A DNA stretch of 64,000 nucleotides from Mobula birostris. Lineage: Eukaryota. The DNA lies in assembly GCF_030028105.1 (NCBI RefSeq), contig NC_092397.1:26670630-26734629 (forward strand). Direction: 5' to 3'. Made by a program: the position numbers and the translations under genes. Below, one piece after another: positions 52,230-64,000 of this stretch; within the stretch, counting starts at the first letter, position 1; every line of letters begins with the position of its first letter. The notes beneath the pieces are model-generated. The model made no database searches and had not been told where the DNA came from. It saw only the letters and a program-made list of their open reading frames with translations.

Positions 52230-54275
52230 TGAAAAGAACGAGAGCCAATGTCAGGCTAATAAACATGGTGGGACTGATGGGCTGAAATGAGTTTATTTCA
52301 ACACTAGGAGTATTATGTTATCGGACGGACAGGGCTGGCAGCTCAACATTCCTGGGTTTCATTGTTTTACATGTGAATGGGGGGTTAAAAATGCAGAGGT
52401 TACCTCACTGGGAATGTCACAGCAAACTGGAAGGTTCATTTACAGAGGCAATCTGCAGTTACACTGTTGGGGTGTTTGTATTGGCCCCGCAACAACCAGT
52501 GGGGGGGACATTATCTTCTCTAGATTAACTGGAACTTGCTTAATTCTTAAATGCGCCAGATTTCTTCAGTGAATCTGAGAGGTGTTTGAAACATTATGTA
52601 CAGGGCCCAACCAGAGGTGAGAACAGATGGGAATGAGCCAGGCCAGGTGACAGTTGAGAGTCAGTGAACATTTTGGGAACAGTGATCACAAGTTTCTTTT
52701 TTTCTTAGTTACAAGTAAAAATAAAAGTAGATCTTGTATGAAGGTACTAATTTGCAGGAGGACAAGTCAGGACGGAGGAAGACAGGAGCCAGGCAACATT
52801 GATTGGGAGCAGCCACTGTCAGACAAGTCCACATCTGATGTGTGGGAGTTGTCTAAAGACCAGCTACTCTGAGTTCAGGATCAGCATGTTCCGGTGAGGA
52901 GTGAGGAGAAGGGTGGTAAGTAAGGGATTTTTAGACAAGCGGAGAGATCCTAAATTTAGTCAAAAGGTTATGGAAGGTTTGTGAAGCTAAAGTCAGACTG
53001 GGTACCTTTGGAATATAAAGGTAGCAGGGAAATGCTAAAGCAGGTGATAGGAAAGGCCAAAAGGGGCCACAAACTGTCCTTGTAATGTAGGACCAAAGAT
53101 GATCCCAAGGCCTTGTGATTTGTATTAATAAGACGAGGATAACCAGAGAATAGAAATGTCGACTCAAGATTAAAGGAGGAATGATGTGGTTGAAGTCAGA
53201 TCAAGTGGCTGAGGTACTAAATGAGTACGTTGTGTCAGTATTTACTGAAGTGAAGGAATTGAATGGCAATGAAAACAGAATGAGACATGCGAATGTGCAG
53301 AGACATTTTGAGATTAAGGAGCAGGTTGTGCTGGGACGTCTGAAAAGCAATAAGATGGATAAGACTCCAGGGCCTGAAGGCAAATATCCTACAACAGTGA
53401 AAGAAACAAGTGAGCAGATTGCCGGTGATTTGACAAGGATCTATGTGTCCTCGATCACAACATGTGAGGTCCCACAGGACTAGAGTGTCAGAAATATTGC
53501 AGCTTTGATCAAGAAGGGAAATAACAAGAATCCAGGAACCTATAGGCAAGGCAGCCTCATTTCAGTGGTAGAGAAGCTACTGGGGAGGATATTGAGGTAC
53601 AGGATTTATGCACATTTGGAAAGGCATGGCCTGCTTAGGGACAATCAACATGGTTTTGTGTGGGCAGATCATGCTTGACAAAATTGATTGAGGTTTCTCA
53701 GGAAGTGACACAGGCTAAGATATAGGAGCAAAATTCAACCATTTGGCCCGTCGTCTGCTCCGACATTTCATTGTGGCTGATCCATTTTTCCTTTCGGCCC
53801 CAGTCTCCTGACTTTCCCCTGTATCCCTTCATACTCTGACCAATCAAGAATCTATCAACCTCTGCCTTAAATATACATAAAGTCCTGGCTTAACAGCTCC
53901 CTGTGGCAATGAATTCCACAGATGAACCACTCTCTGGCTAAAGAAATTCCTCATCTCCACATTCTACAAGGATGTTCCTCTATTCTGAGGCTGTGTCCTG
54001 ATATTAGATACTCCCACCCATCTTCTGCACATCCACTTTATCACTGCCTTTCACCATTCGATAGGTTTCAATTGGGCCACCCCTCATTGTTCAAAAATTC
54101 CAGTGAATACAGGCCCAGAGCCATCAAACACTCTTCATACGACAAGATGTTTCATCCTGGAATCAATCTGGAGAACCTCCTTTGAAACCCATCGAGTTTC
54201 AGCTCATCCTTCCTAAGATGAAGAGCCCAAAACTGCTCACAATACTCCAGTGAGACCTCCACAGTACTTAATAAA
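52230..54275. mobile_element. Decayed CR1 ORF2 (+, 52230-53712) and CR1 3' end (-, 53713-54275)
   Basis: LNEYVVSVFT...DKTPGPEG, HFGNSDH, LEYCEQFWALHLRKD. Confidence 0.72.
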
Positions 54276-54459
54276 GTCTGATCATTACTATGATTGGCGC
54301 AGATATTGTGAGACGAAGGGCAGGTTGCCATCTGTTCCATATTGTGTACTGATGAATATGTTTGATCTGACAGTAATTGCAGGGACATGGTTACAGAGAC
54401 TGGGACTTCGACATTCCACTATATTCAATGTTCCACACGGAATTGGCAAAATGTAAGTT

Positions 54460-55950
54460 ATTAGGTTTTATTGTTTTGCAATGGATTTAATTTGGCTTTT
54501 TTGACACTGATCAACAGAAAAGACTATGGTGTCAAAGTGAAAACAGATCTAAATTAATTGTAAATATGAAACAAAATAATTCATTGCCTTAGTATTTACC
54601 TCCTTCAAAGCCTTAATTAGTTGATGCACCTTTGGCAGTATTTACAGTTGAGTCTGTGTCGATAGGTGTCTATCAGCTTTGCACATCTGAACACTGCAAT
54701 TTTTCCACATTCTTCTTTACAAAACTGCAGAAGCTCTGTCAGAATGCATGGGTTAGTGAGCGAACACTTCTTTTCAAGTCCAGCCACAAATTCTCAATTG
54801 GATTGAGGTCTGAACTCTCACAAAGCCACTCCAGGACATTAACTTTGTTGTTTTAAGGCATTCCTTTGCAGCTTTGGTTTTATGCTTGTGGTCATTGTCA
54901 TGCTGGAAAATTAATTTTCTCCTAAGTCGCAGTTCTCTTGAAGACTGAATTTGGTTTTCCTCCAGGATTTCCCTGTATTTTGCTGCATTCATTTTACCCT
55001 CTACCTTTATGTGCCTTTCAGGGCCTGCTGCAGTGAAGCATACCCACAGGATGATGCAGCCTCCACCATACTTCACGGTAGGGATGGTGTGTTTTTGATG
55101 TTGTGCGGTGTTTGGCTTACTCCAAACTTAGTGTTTGTGATGGTCAAAAGGTTCAATTTTGTTTTCATCAGACCATAGAATCTTCTTCCAACTAACTTCA
55201 GAGTCCCCAACAATTCTGGGAAACTTCAGGCAAGATTTCATGAGAGCATTTTTCAACACTGGCTTTTTCTCTGCCACTCTCCCGTAAAGCTGCGACTGGT
55301 GAAACACCCGGGCAACAGTTGATGTATGCACAATCTCTCCCACCACTGAAGCTTGTAACTCCTCTAGAGTTATCATAGGTCTCTTGGTGGCCTCCCCCAC
55401 TGGCCCCTTCTTGCATGGCCACTCAGTTTTTGAGGATAGTCTGCTCTTGGCAGATTTATAGCTGTGCCATATTCTTCCCACTTCTGGATGAGTGACTTAA
55501 CTGTACTCCAAGGGCATTCAGTGACTTGGAAATATTCTTGTATCCATCTCCTGGCTTGTGTTTGTCAATTACCTGTTTGCAGAGCAGCTCGGAGTGTTGA
55601 TTTGTCTTCACGGTGTAGTTTCTCCCAGGATACTGACTCACCAGCAGTTCAACCTTCTACTTACAGGTGTACTATTACTACAATCAATTGAAACACCTTG
55701 ACTGCACACGGTGATCCCCATTTAACTGATCATGCAACATCGAAAACTAGTTGGCTGCACCAATGATGATTCGGTGTGTCATATTAAAGGGGGTGAATAA
55801 TTAAACAGACAATTATTTTGTGTTTTAGATTTGTAATTAGTTTAGAGCATTTTGTAGAGATTTGTTTTCCCTTTGACACAAAAGAGTCTTTTTCCATTAA
55901 TTGGTTTCAAAAAAAGACAAATTCAATCCACTGAGATTCAATGCTGTAAA
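54460..55950 (-). mobile_element. Tc1-family DNA transposon, near full-length, decayed
   Basis: Transposase pieces GDGYKNISKSL, ILWSDENKIE, KYGGGCIILWVCFTAAG, IFQHDNDHKH. Long imperfect terminal inverted repeats at ~54460-54610 and ~55785-55950. Confidence 0.9.
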
Positions 55951-58900
55951 TTTTCATAGGAACTTTATATGTGGGGACAATGATGGTGAAAGGGGGAGGG
56001 AAAGACAACATTGGTAGGAGCGGCCTCAAGATCCTGGGGTGTGGTCAAAGGCATTCAAGGAAATATTAAATCAAAGAACATACAAAGAGGCGCTGGTGGT
56101 GCACAAGAGAATCAGAGATTTTCTAGGAACCAGTGAAAAGCTAAAAGTAAAAAGGAACACGCAGAGAAGTTAACTCAATAATTTGCATTAGTGCTCACAG
56201 TGGGACACAGCAAACATCCCACAGATATCTAACGGTGACATTTCAACATTGTGTCATAATGTATAACAATTGGCATCACAAGGAAGAAACTAATGGGACT
56301 AAAAGCAAACTTTACCAGGTCCCAACGACCTGCACTGGAGGGTTTCACAGGAAGTCTGTAGAGAAAGTAGAGACATTGAAGTTTGTCAAAACTCACTGTT
56401 ACAGAAAGGTCCCAGTGGAGTTGAAAACCATTGCTGAAGAAGGGTGGAAGATAAAAAGCAGGTAACTGTAGTCCTGTTAACTTCACTTCAGGTACTGGAG
56501 TTGATAATCTATCAAGAAATAACAAATCATTTGGAAAAGTTCAATGTCTACAGTCAGGTTCACACAGATTCCACGATGACCAAAGTTCCCATCTGAGCTT
56601 GTGGTCTGTAACCCCCTCACCACCACATTATGAAGAAGGTTATCCTCCTCCTTGTCCCATTTCTCTGCATTTGGCCCAGATACTTCAAAACCTTTTCTTT
56701 CCATCTATCTGTCCAAGTGCCTTTTTAATGTCCCTGACTCAACCATTCCCCCTAGCAGCTCATTCCATTTCCAGCCTCCAGGTCCCTCATGATTTTATAC
56801 ACCTCTGCAATATCAGCACTCATTCTCCAACATTACAGGGAAAATTATCCAAAACACCTTTCCACAAATCCTTTGAGATCCAGTAACATCCCCATAAATC
56901 TCCTCTGTGCTCTTTCCAGCTGAATGGTGTCTGTCATACAGCAGGGTCACAGAAACTAAACACTATTTGCAAAATGTGGCCAAACCAACGTGTTGGACAA
57001 CTGCAACATCTCATCCCAGCTTCTATATTCGGGGCCCTGAGTGAAGGCCAGTGTTCCAAAAGACTCTTCACCACCCTGTCCATCTGGAACCTGGTCTTGG
57101 ACCCTGTAACCTGGGTTGTTGAATGTTAAGTCATGTTTGACAAACACACCAGAGATTTAAGACTTTACAGGGGAAGTTGGAGAAGTGGTGTTTTTGGATT
57201 TTCAGGAGCCATTTGCCAAGGTGCCACATGTAAGGCTGGTGCACAAGACCAGAGCTCAGTACTGGGAAGGAAGTGTGTTAATACTGACTGAAGACTGGTG
57301 ATCATACTGAGACAGAATAACAGGTCTGTTTCAGACTGGGATGATATAACTAGTGGAGTGTCCCAGCGACCAGTTCTGGATTGTCAATGATTTACTATTG
57401 ATATTAATGACCCGGAGGAGCGGCAGAGAGTGAGGAATCCACGGTGGCAATGACAGTGAATGTGGTGGGGGACATGTTGTGATTGGACATTTCATCTCTT
57501 CAATGGGACATGGGAAGCTGGTGAGCAGAATACATGGTAAATGGAGTTTAATGTGGTGAAGTGTGAAGGCATGTAGAGTGGTAGGAGGAATCAAAAGTCA
57601 AACTATTATTTATGTGGAGATAAATTATAAATGAGAGAAATAGAGAGGGGTCGAGGTGCTGAACTACACAACAAAATAGAGACAGGAGCAGTGAGTGGTT
57701 CATAAAGCCATATATGACCAAGGTTCAGAGGTGAATGGTTCATTGACATTTACTGATGGGTTGTTGGTGCAGAGAAACAGAGAAGTGTTGTTACTGTGAC
57801 AGACAAGTGCACAATGATGGATTTTGGGAAGTTGAAGCAGGTCAGGACATACCCAGTGAATGGAGGGTCCTGAGGAGTGTTGATGAAAGAGAAACCTGGG
57901 GCACAGGTACCGTACTCCCTGAAAGTGGCAACACAGGCAGACAAGGTGGTGAAGGAGGAGCACAACATGCTTCTCTTCATCGGCAAAGGCTCTGAGAGGA
58001 GTTGGGACATCACATTACAGTTGTACAAATCAATAATGACACCACACCAGGAGTACCCTGTGCAGTTCTGGTTACATGAGAGGAAGGATGTGATTAAGCT
58101 GGAAAGGTGCAGAAACAATTCACAGGAATGTTAACTGCTCTGGGGGCTTGAGTTACAAGGAAAGATCAGACTGACTGGGACTGTTTTCCCTGGAGTGAAG
58201 GAGACTGAGGGGAGACCTGACAGAAGATTATAGAACTATGAGAGGTGTAAACAAGGTAAACAGGCAAGATCATTTTGCCAGGGTAGAAATATCAAATATG
58301 AGAAGGCGCAGCTTTAAAATGCCAGGGTGAGAATTTAAAGGTGGACATTAGGACAGGTAAGATTTCTGTTTCTGTACAGAGAGTGGTGAGGGCCGGGTAT
58401 GGGCTGCCATGGGGAGTGGTGGAAGCAGATATGATAATGACATTTAACAGGGTTTTAGATAACCAAATGAATATTCAGAGAATTGAATCACATGAATTAT
58501 AAGCAGGCAGAAGAGACTTAGTTTCATTTGGCATCGTGTTCAGCACAGACATCATGGGAAGAAGGGTCTGTTCCTGTGCTGTACTGTTCTGTGTTCTCGG
58601 TGAGCCTCAGTGACAGGGGAGTCTTTAGCCGGGCTCACAGACAAGTGTATCTGTGGCAAGGAGAGAGACTGCACGATGGTGCATTACCTCCCTGGTACCA
58701 GGGCCAAGGATGGAACTGAACAAGTACAGGCCATTCTGAAAGGGCAGGGTGAGCAGCCAGAGGTCGTGGTCCATATTGACACTAACAAAAGAGAAAAGTC
58801 CTGCAAGGAGAACTCAGGGAGTTGGGGAAAAAGTGAAGTGGAAACTCTGTGGTCGGGGGGGGGGGGGGGGTCAAAATCCCAGTGCCACCTGCTAGCGAGG

Positions 58901-59059
58901 AAAGAAATAAAAGTGTGATACAGTTATATGTGTGGTTCACGAGCTGGTACAGGATGGAGGGTTTTAGTTACATGGATCATTGGGCTCTCCTTCAGGACAG
59001 GTGATGGGAAGAGTAAGATGTCAGCAACTGGCATTGACGGATGTGGATTAACACAGGAA

Positions 59060-59520
59060 GTAAGTCCAAATGGATAAATTACAGTGTCTCAGTAGCATTA
59101 CAAGTGCACAGATATACAAATATCAGAAGAGAAGCAGGAGAAAGAATAAAAAGTAAGTTACCTCCAACAGTCTAACATGGGGGTGGGGTGGGGGGGGGGG
59201 GGTCATCACTTCCCCGGCTATAGGTTGACTCATTATTGACCCTGACAGCCCAGTGTAAGAATGACTTCATGCAGCGCTCCTTGGAGCAGCAGAGTTGTCT
59301 TATTCTGTTACAGAAGATGCTCCTCTGTTCAGCCAAGGTGGCATGCAGAGGGTGAGAAACATTGTCCAGGATTGCCAGGATTTTCCGTTGGGTCCTTTGT
59401 TTTACCACGGCCCCCAGTGTGTCCAGTTTGACTCCTATAACAGAGCCAGCCTTTCCAATCAGTTTATTGAGTCAGATGGCATCACCCGTGTTGGTGCCAT
59501 TGGCCCAGTACACCACTGTG
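59060..59520 (-). mobile_element. Rex1-type LINE 3' fragment, present only in the right arm
   Basis: ORF 59172..59408: ILDNVSHPLH...CSKERCMKSFL. Confidence 0.7.
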
Positions 59521-62500
59521 AAGTTAGGCCAAGTTACTGAGCACAGTGGCACTGAGGGCCTGAAGTGTGTTTATATCAGTGCAGTGTAGAACGGTTAAGG
59601 CAGATGCACTTAGAGCCTGGATTAGTACATGGCATGGTGACTCAGCCATTACAGAGATCTGGCTGAGAGAAGGGCAGCACTGACAGATAAACATTCCAGG
59701 ATTCAGACAGTCCAGAGGGAGGTGAATGAGGTTCGGGCTCTGTACTGCTGATCAGGCAGAATGTCACAAGGTCAAGGTCATCCCAGAGGCTCATCCAGTA
59801 AGACAATGTGGGTAGAAATCAGGAATAAGAAAGGTGCAATCACCATGATGGGATTATACTGTCGGCCTCCCAATAGCCAGTAAGAGACAGAAACAGATAT
59901 GTTAGCAGGTTATGGGATGATGCAAAAACTGCAGAGTAGATTTGGTGAGTGAATATCTCCTCAGAGTAACTGGGACTCCGTTACACCCTGAGGCTTGGAT
60001 GGGGCATTATTTGTGTTCAGGAAGGTTTCCTGAAACAATATGTCGTCCACCAGGGAGGGGGACATTCTTGACTTCACCTTGGGAAATATGGGACTCAGCA
60101 GAGTGGTGGAAGGAACAACCAGTGTTCAAAGAGGAATTAGACAAGTCGTTCAGGGGAAATGACCTGCAGAGCTGTGGGGACAGAGTGGGGAATGGGACTG
60201 TGGAAATGTTGTAGCAGGAGTTGGTATTAACTTGATGGGTCAAATAGTCTCGACGATCACAGAATGATTCTCTGCCCAATAATAGTCTGAAAGGATCATT
60301 CTGGTCGCCAGTGAATCTTCCAAGCTCCAGGATGGACAAGATCAATTGTGTAATAAGGACACACTTCTGTCGAAATACTGACACTGTATACCAAGCACAC
60401 TGAGCTGCCAGAGCACAGCACCGGCCAGTGAGGACACAGACCAGTACAACACCCGGCTCTCTACTACAAAGTTCAAAGCTGAAAGTAAATGTACTATCAA
60501 AATACATTTCTGTCACCATATACAACCCTGAGATTAGTTTTCTTGTGGGCATACTGCTGGTTTGTTAGAGCAGTTGGGGAGGGTTGAAACTAATTTGGCA
60601 GGGGCATGGGAACAGGCATGAAAAGACTCAGGGTAGGACAGATGGTAAAGAAAGCAAAGATCGCATGCAGTCACACTGTCAGGAAGGGCAGGCAGATGAT
60701 AGGACATAACTGCAGCCAGCAGGGTGAGTATCAGTGCATGAGGGATGCAGAATCAATAAGGGTAGCAAATACAGTACTCAAACTGTTATATCTCAATACA
60801 CAGAGTATAAGAAATAAGGTGGATAATCTTATTGCCCTATTATAGATTGTTGTGACCATCACTGAATCACGGCTGAAGAATGTTTGTAGTTGGGAGCTAA
60901 GTGCCCAAGGTTACACGTATCAGCGGGATAGGAAGGTAGGCAATGGGGATGGAATGGCTCTGCTGATAAAGAATGGTAACAAATCAGTAGAAAGATGTGA
61001 CAAAGGATCGGAAGATGTTGAATCCTTGTGAGTTGAGGTAAAAACCTGCAAGTGTAAAAAGGACGTTGATGGCAGTTGTACACAGGCCTACAACAGTTGC
61101 TGGGATGTGGGCCACAGATTACAACAGGAAATAGAAAAGGCAGGTCAAAAGGGGAATGTTATTTGAGATTTCATCGGAGTCATGGGAGATTTTAACATGC
61201 AGGTTGATTGGGAAAATCAGGTTGGAAATAGATCTCAAGAGAGTGAGTTTGCTGAATGCTGAACAGATGGCTTTTTGGAGCAGTTTGTCATTGAGGTACT
61301 AGCGGATCACCTATACTGGATTATGTGTTAGTGAATAAACTGGAGGTGATTTGGGAGCTGAAGGTAAAAGAACCCTTAGGAGGCAGTGGTCTCAGTATCA
61401 CTGAGTTCAACTTGAAATTGGACAGGGAGAATGTACAGTCTGACACAGCAGTGTTTCAGTGGATTTAAGGTAGTTACAGTGGTTTGAGAGAGGAGTTGGC
61501 TAAAGTAAATTGGAAGGAAATGCCGGCAGGGATGGCAGCAGAGCAGCAATGGTGTGAGTTTCTGGGGAAAATGAGGAAGGTGTAGGATAAATGTATTCCA
61601 GAAACAAACAAATACTCAAATGGCAAAATAGTACAATCGTGGCTGACAAGGAAGTCAATGCTAATGTAAAACCAAAAGGGAGGGCATACAACAAGCAAAA
61701 ATTATTCAGAATACAGAGGATCGGGAAGCTTTAACAGCTGACAGAGAGCAACCTAAAGAGGGAAGAGATGAAACATGCAAGCAAGCTGGCAAACATGATC
61801 AAAATGGATAGTTTTAGCTTTTTCAAGTACATAAAAATAAAAGAGAGGTGAGACTGGGTAAAGGACTGCTAGAAAATGAGGCCAGAGGAATAATAACGGC
61901 GGGGGTTGGGGGGGATACAAGGAAATGGCAGATGAACTAAATGAGTATTTTGTATCAGTGGAAGATACTAGCAGTGTGCCAGGTGCTGAAGGGTGTGAGG
62001 GAAGAGAAGAGCAGTTATTATTACAAGGGAAAAGGTGCTCAAAAAGCTGAAAGACCTGAGGGTTCATGAGTCACCCGGACCAGATGAACTGTACCCCAGG
62101 GTTCTGAAAGAGGTAACGCTCCTGACTGACCGTGTGAAGGAAATGGAGCTGGAGATGGACAGACCCAGAGTTTCCAGGATGCTGAGACCAGAGATTCAGT
62201 GGGTTGGTCAAACCTGAGGTCAGGCTGCAAATAGTTTGGTCACGACCACGACTGGAAAGGGGAAGAGACAGACAGTGCAATGTCTCCCTGTGGCTGTGAC
62301 CCTCAGAAACAAGTACACTCATTTGTTTACCCCTGGGAGGATGACGAACCAGAGCACAGCAGCCCGTTGTGTCGGTGGTACTGACACCCCGGTCCGATGC
62401 TCCGCGGGAGGAACGGTCAAGCAGAGCAGTGATGACAGCAGACTCACAGTACAGGGGATGTGCAGGAGATTCTGTGGCCGCAACAGAGATGACACGATGG

Positions 62501-63164
62501 TGTGTCCCCTCCTGGGTACCAGGGTCAGGCACGTCTCAGATGTGCAGCATTACCAAAAGATAAACTTGCTGGTTGAGTCGGTGGCAAGGAAGAGCCAAAT
62601 GCCATGTTAGCATTCATTTAGAGAGGAGTACAATGCAAAAGCAAGGATGTGATGCTGAAGATTGATAAGGCATTGGTCTGCTCACACTTGGAGTATTGTC
62701 AACTGTTTTGGGCCCCTTATCTAAAAAAGTACGTGCTCGCATAGGAGAGGGTCCAGAGGAGGTTCACAAGAATGATCCTGGCAATAAAAGGGTTAATGCA
62801 CAAGGATTGTTTGATGGCTCTGGGCCTGTACTCAATGGACTTTAGAAGAATGAGGGAATCTTGTTGAAACCAATCAAATATCGAAAGGCCTGGGATGGAG
62901 TGGGGCAGTCTAGGACCACAGGGCACAGCGTCAGAATACTAGGACACCCTGTTAGAACAAAGATGAGGAGTAATTTCCTCAGTAAAGGTAGTGAATCTGT
63001 GAAGCCTGTGTCAGGATGTTGTTCATTGACTAGAGCTCAGTGCTTAACACCATCATTCCCACAGTCCTGATTACTAAACTACAGAACCTGGTCCCTCTGC
63101 AATTAGATCCTCGACTTCCTAACCGGGAGACCACAATCTGTGCAGACTGGTGATAATCAGAATG

Positions 63165-63855
63165 TGTGGATTAATGGAGTTGGGCTAACCCCTATTGACA
63201 TCAATGGATCCGGGGTTAAGAGGGTAAACAGCTTTAAGTTCCTCGGCATCAATATTACTGAGCTCACATGGTCTATACATACAGGCTGAGTGGTGAAAAA
63301 GGCACAACAGCGTCACTTTCACCTCAGACAGTTGAGGAAGTTTGCTGTGGGCCCCCAAATCCTAAGGACTTTCTACAGGGGCACCATTGAGAGCATCCTG
63401 ACTGGCTGCATCACTGCCTGATATGGGAACTGTACCTCCCTTAATCGCAGGACTCTGCAGAGAGTGGTGTGGACAGGCCAGCACATCTGTAGTTGTGAAC
63501 TTCCCATGATTCAAGACATTTACAAAGACAGGTGTGAGAAAAGAGCCTGAAGGATCACTGGGGACCTGACTCACCCCAACCACAATCTATTCCAGTTGCA
63601 ACCATCCAGGAAATGGTACCGCAGCATAAAAGCCAGAACCAACAGGCTCCGGGACAGCTTCTTCCACCAGCCTATCAGACTGATTAACTCACGCTGATTT
63701 GAGGGCATTTCTATGTTACATTGACTGTTCTATTTATTATCAATGATTATAAATCACTATGATTGCACATTTAGACAGAGACATAACGTAAAGATTTTTA
63801 CTGCTCATGTACGTGAAGGATGTAAGAAATAAAGTCAATTCAAGTTCAAATTAAT
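63165..63855 (+). mobile_element. Rex1/Babar-type LINE 3' fragment (paralog of 12140-12835)
   Basis: aaaaaggcacaacagcg (KKAQQR), attgagagcatcctgactggctgcatcactgcctg, tail tcaattcaagttcaaatt. Confidence 0.8.
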
Positions 63856-64000
63856 ATCTTCTCTTCGCTGATGATCAACACTGGCCCTGGTGCACCTCAG
63901 GGATGTGTGCTTAGCCGACTGCTCTACTCCCTCTATAACCAGGACCGTGTGACTAAGTATAGCTCAAAAGCCAACTACAAATCTGCTGTTGGTAGAATTT

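Noticed and set aside
58854-59202. Functional G-quadruplex in the poly-G runs
   Set aside because: They are homopolymer expansions inside decayed TEs; the first is shorter and interrupted in the paralogous arm.

Overview
Eukaryotic (vertebrate) DNA, not prokaryotic. The repeat content and the zinc-finger remnant among histone genes suggest a cartilaginous fish, probably a ray, but that is an inference. The window holds part of a replication-dependent histone cluster with seven intact intronless genes: H4(+), H3(+), H1(-), H2A(-), H2B(-), H2B(-), H4(-). Each has a 3' stem-loop. They sit among decayed CR1, Rex1/Babar and I/Nimb-like LINEs, Penelope-like elements (PLEs) and a Tc1 transposon. The outer parts (~12.0-24.8 kb and ~51.2-64.0 kb) are arms of an old inverted segmental duplication in which only the H4 gene and its promoter remain ~99% identical. 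Most notable: (1) a stem-loop H3.2-type gene with the H3.3-type residue I89 (SAIM); (2) a divergent H1; (3) orphan histone promoters and 3' ends left by lost genes; (4) a 26 x 27-bp CpG-rich array with a protamine-like open frame; (5) minimal PLE hammerhead ribozymes, one at the 5' end of a TSD-flanked insertion; (6) a candidate hammerhead at ~47.8 kb with its three strands in a non-standard order. All identities are by eye and TE boundaries are approximate.
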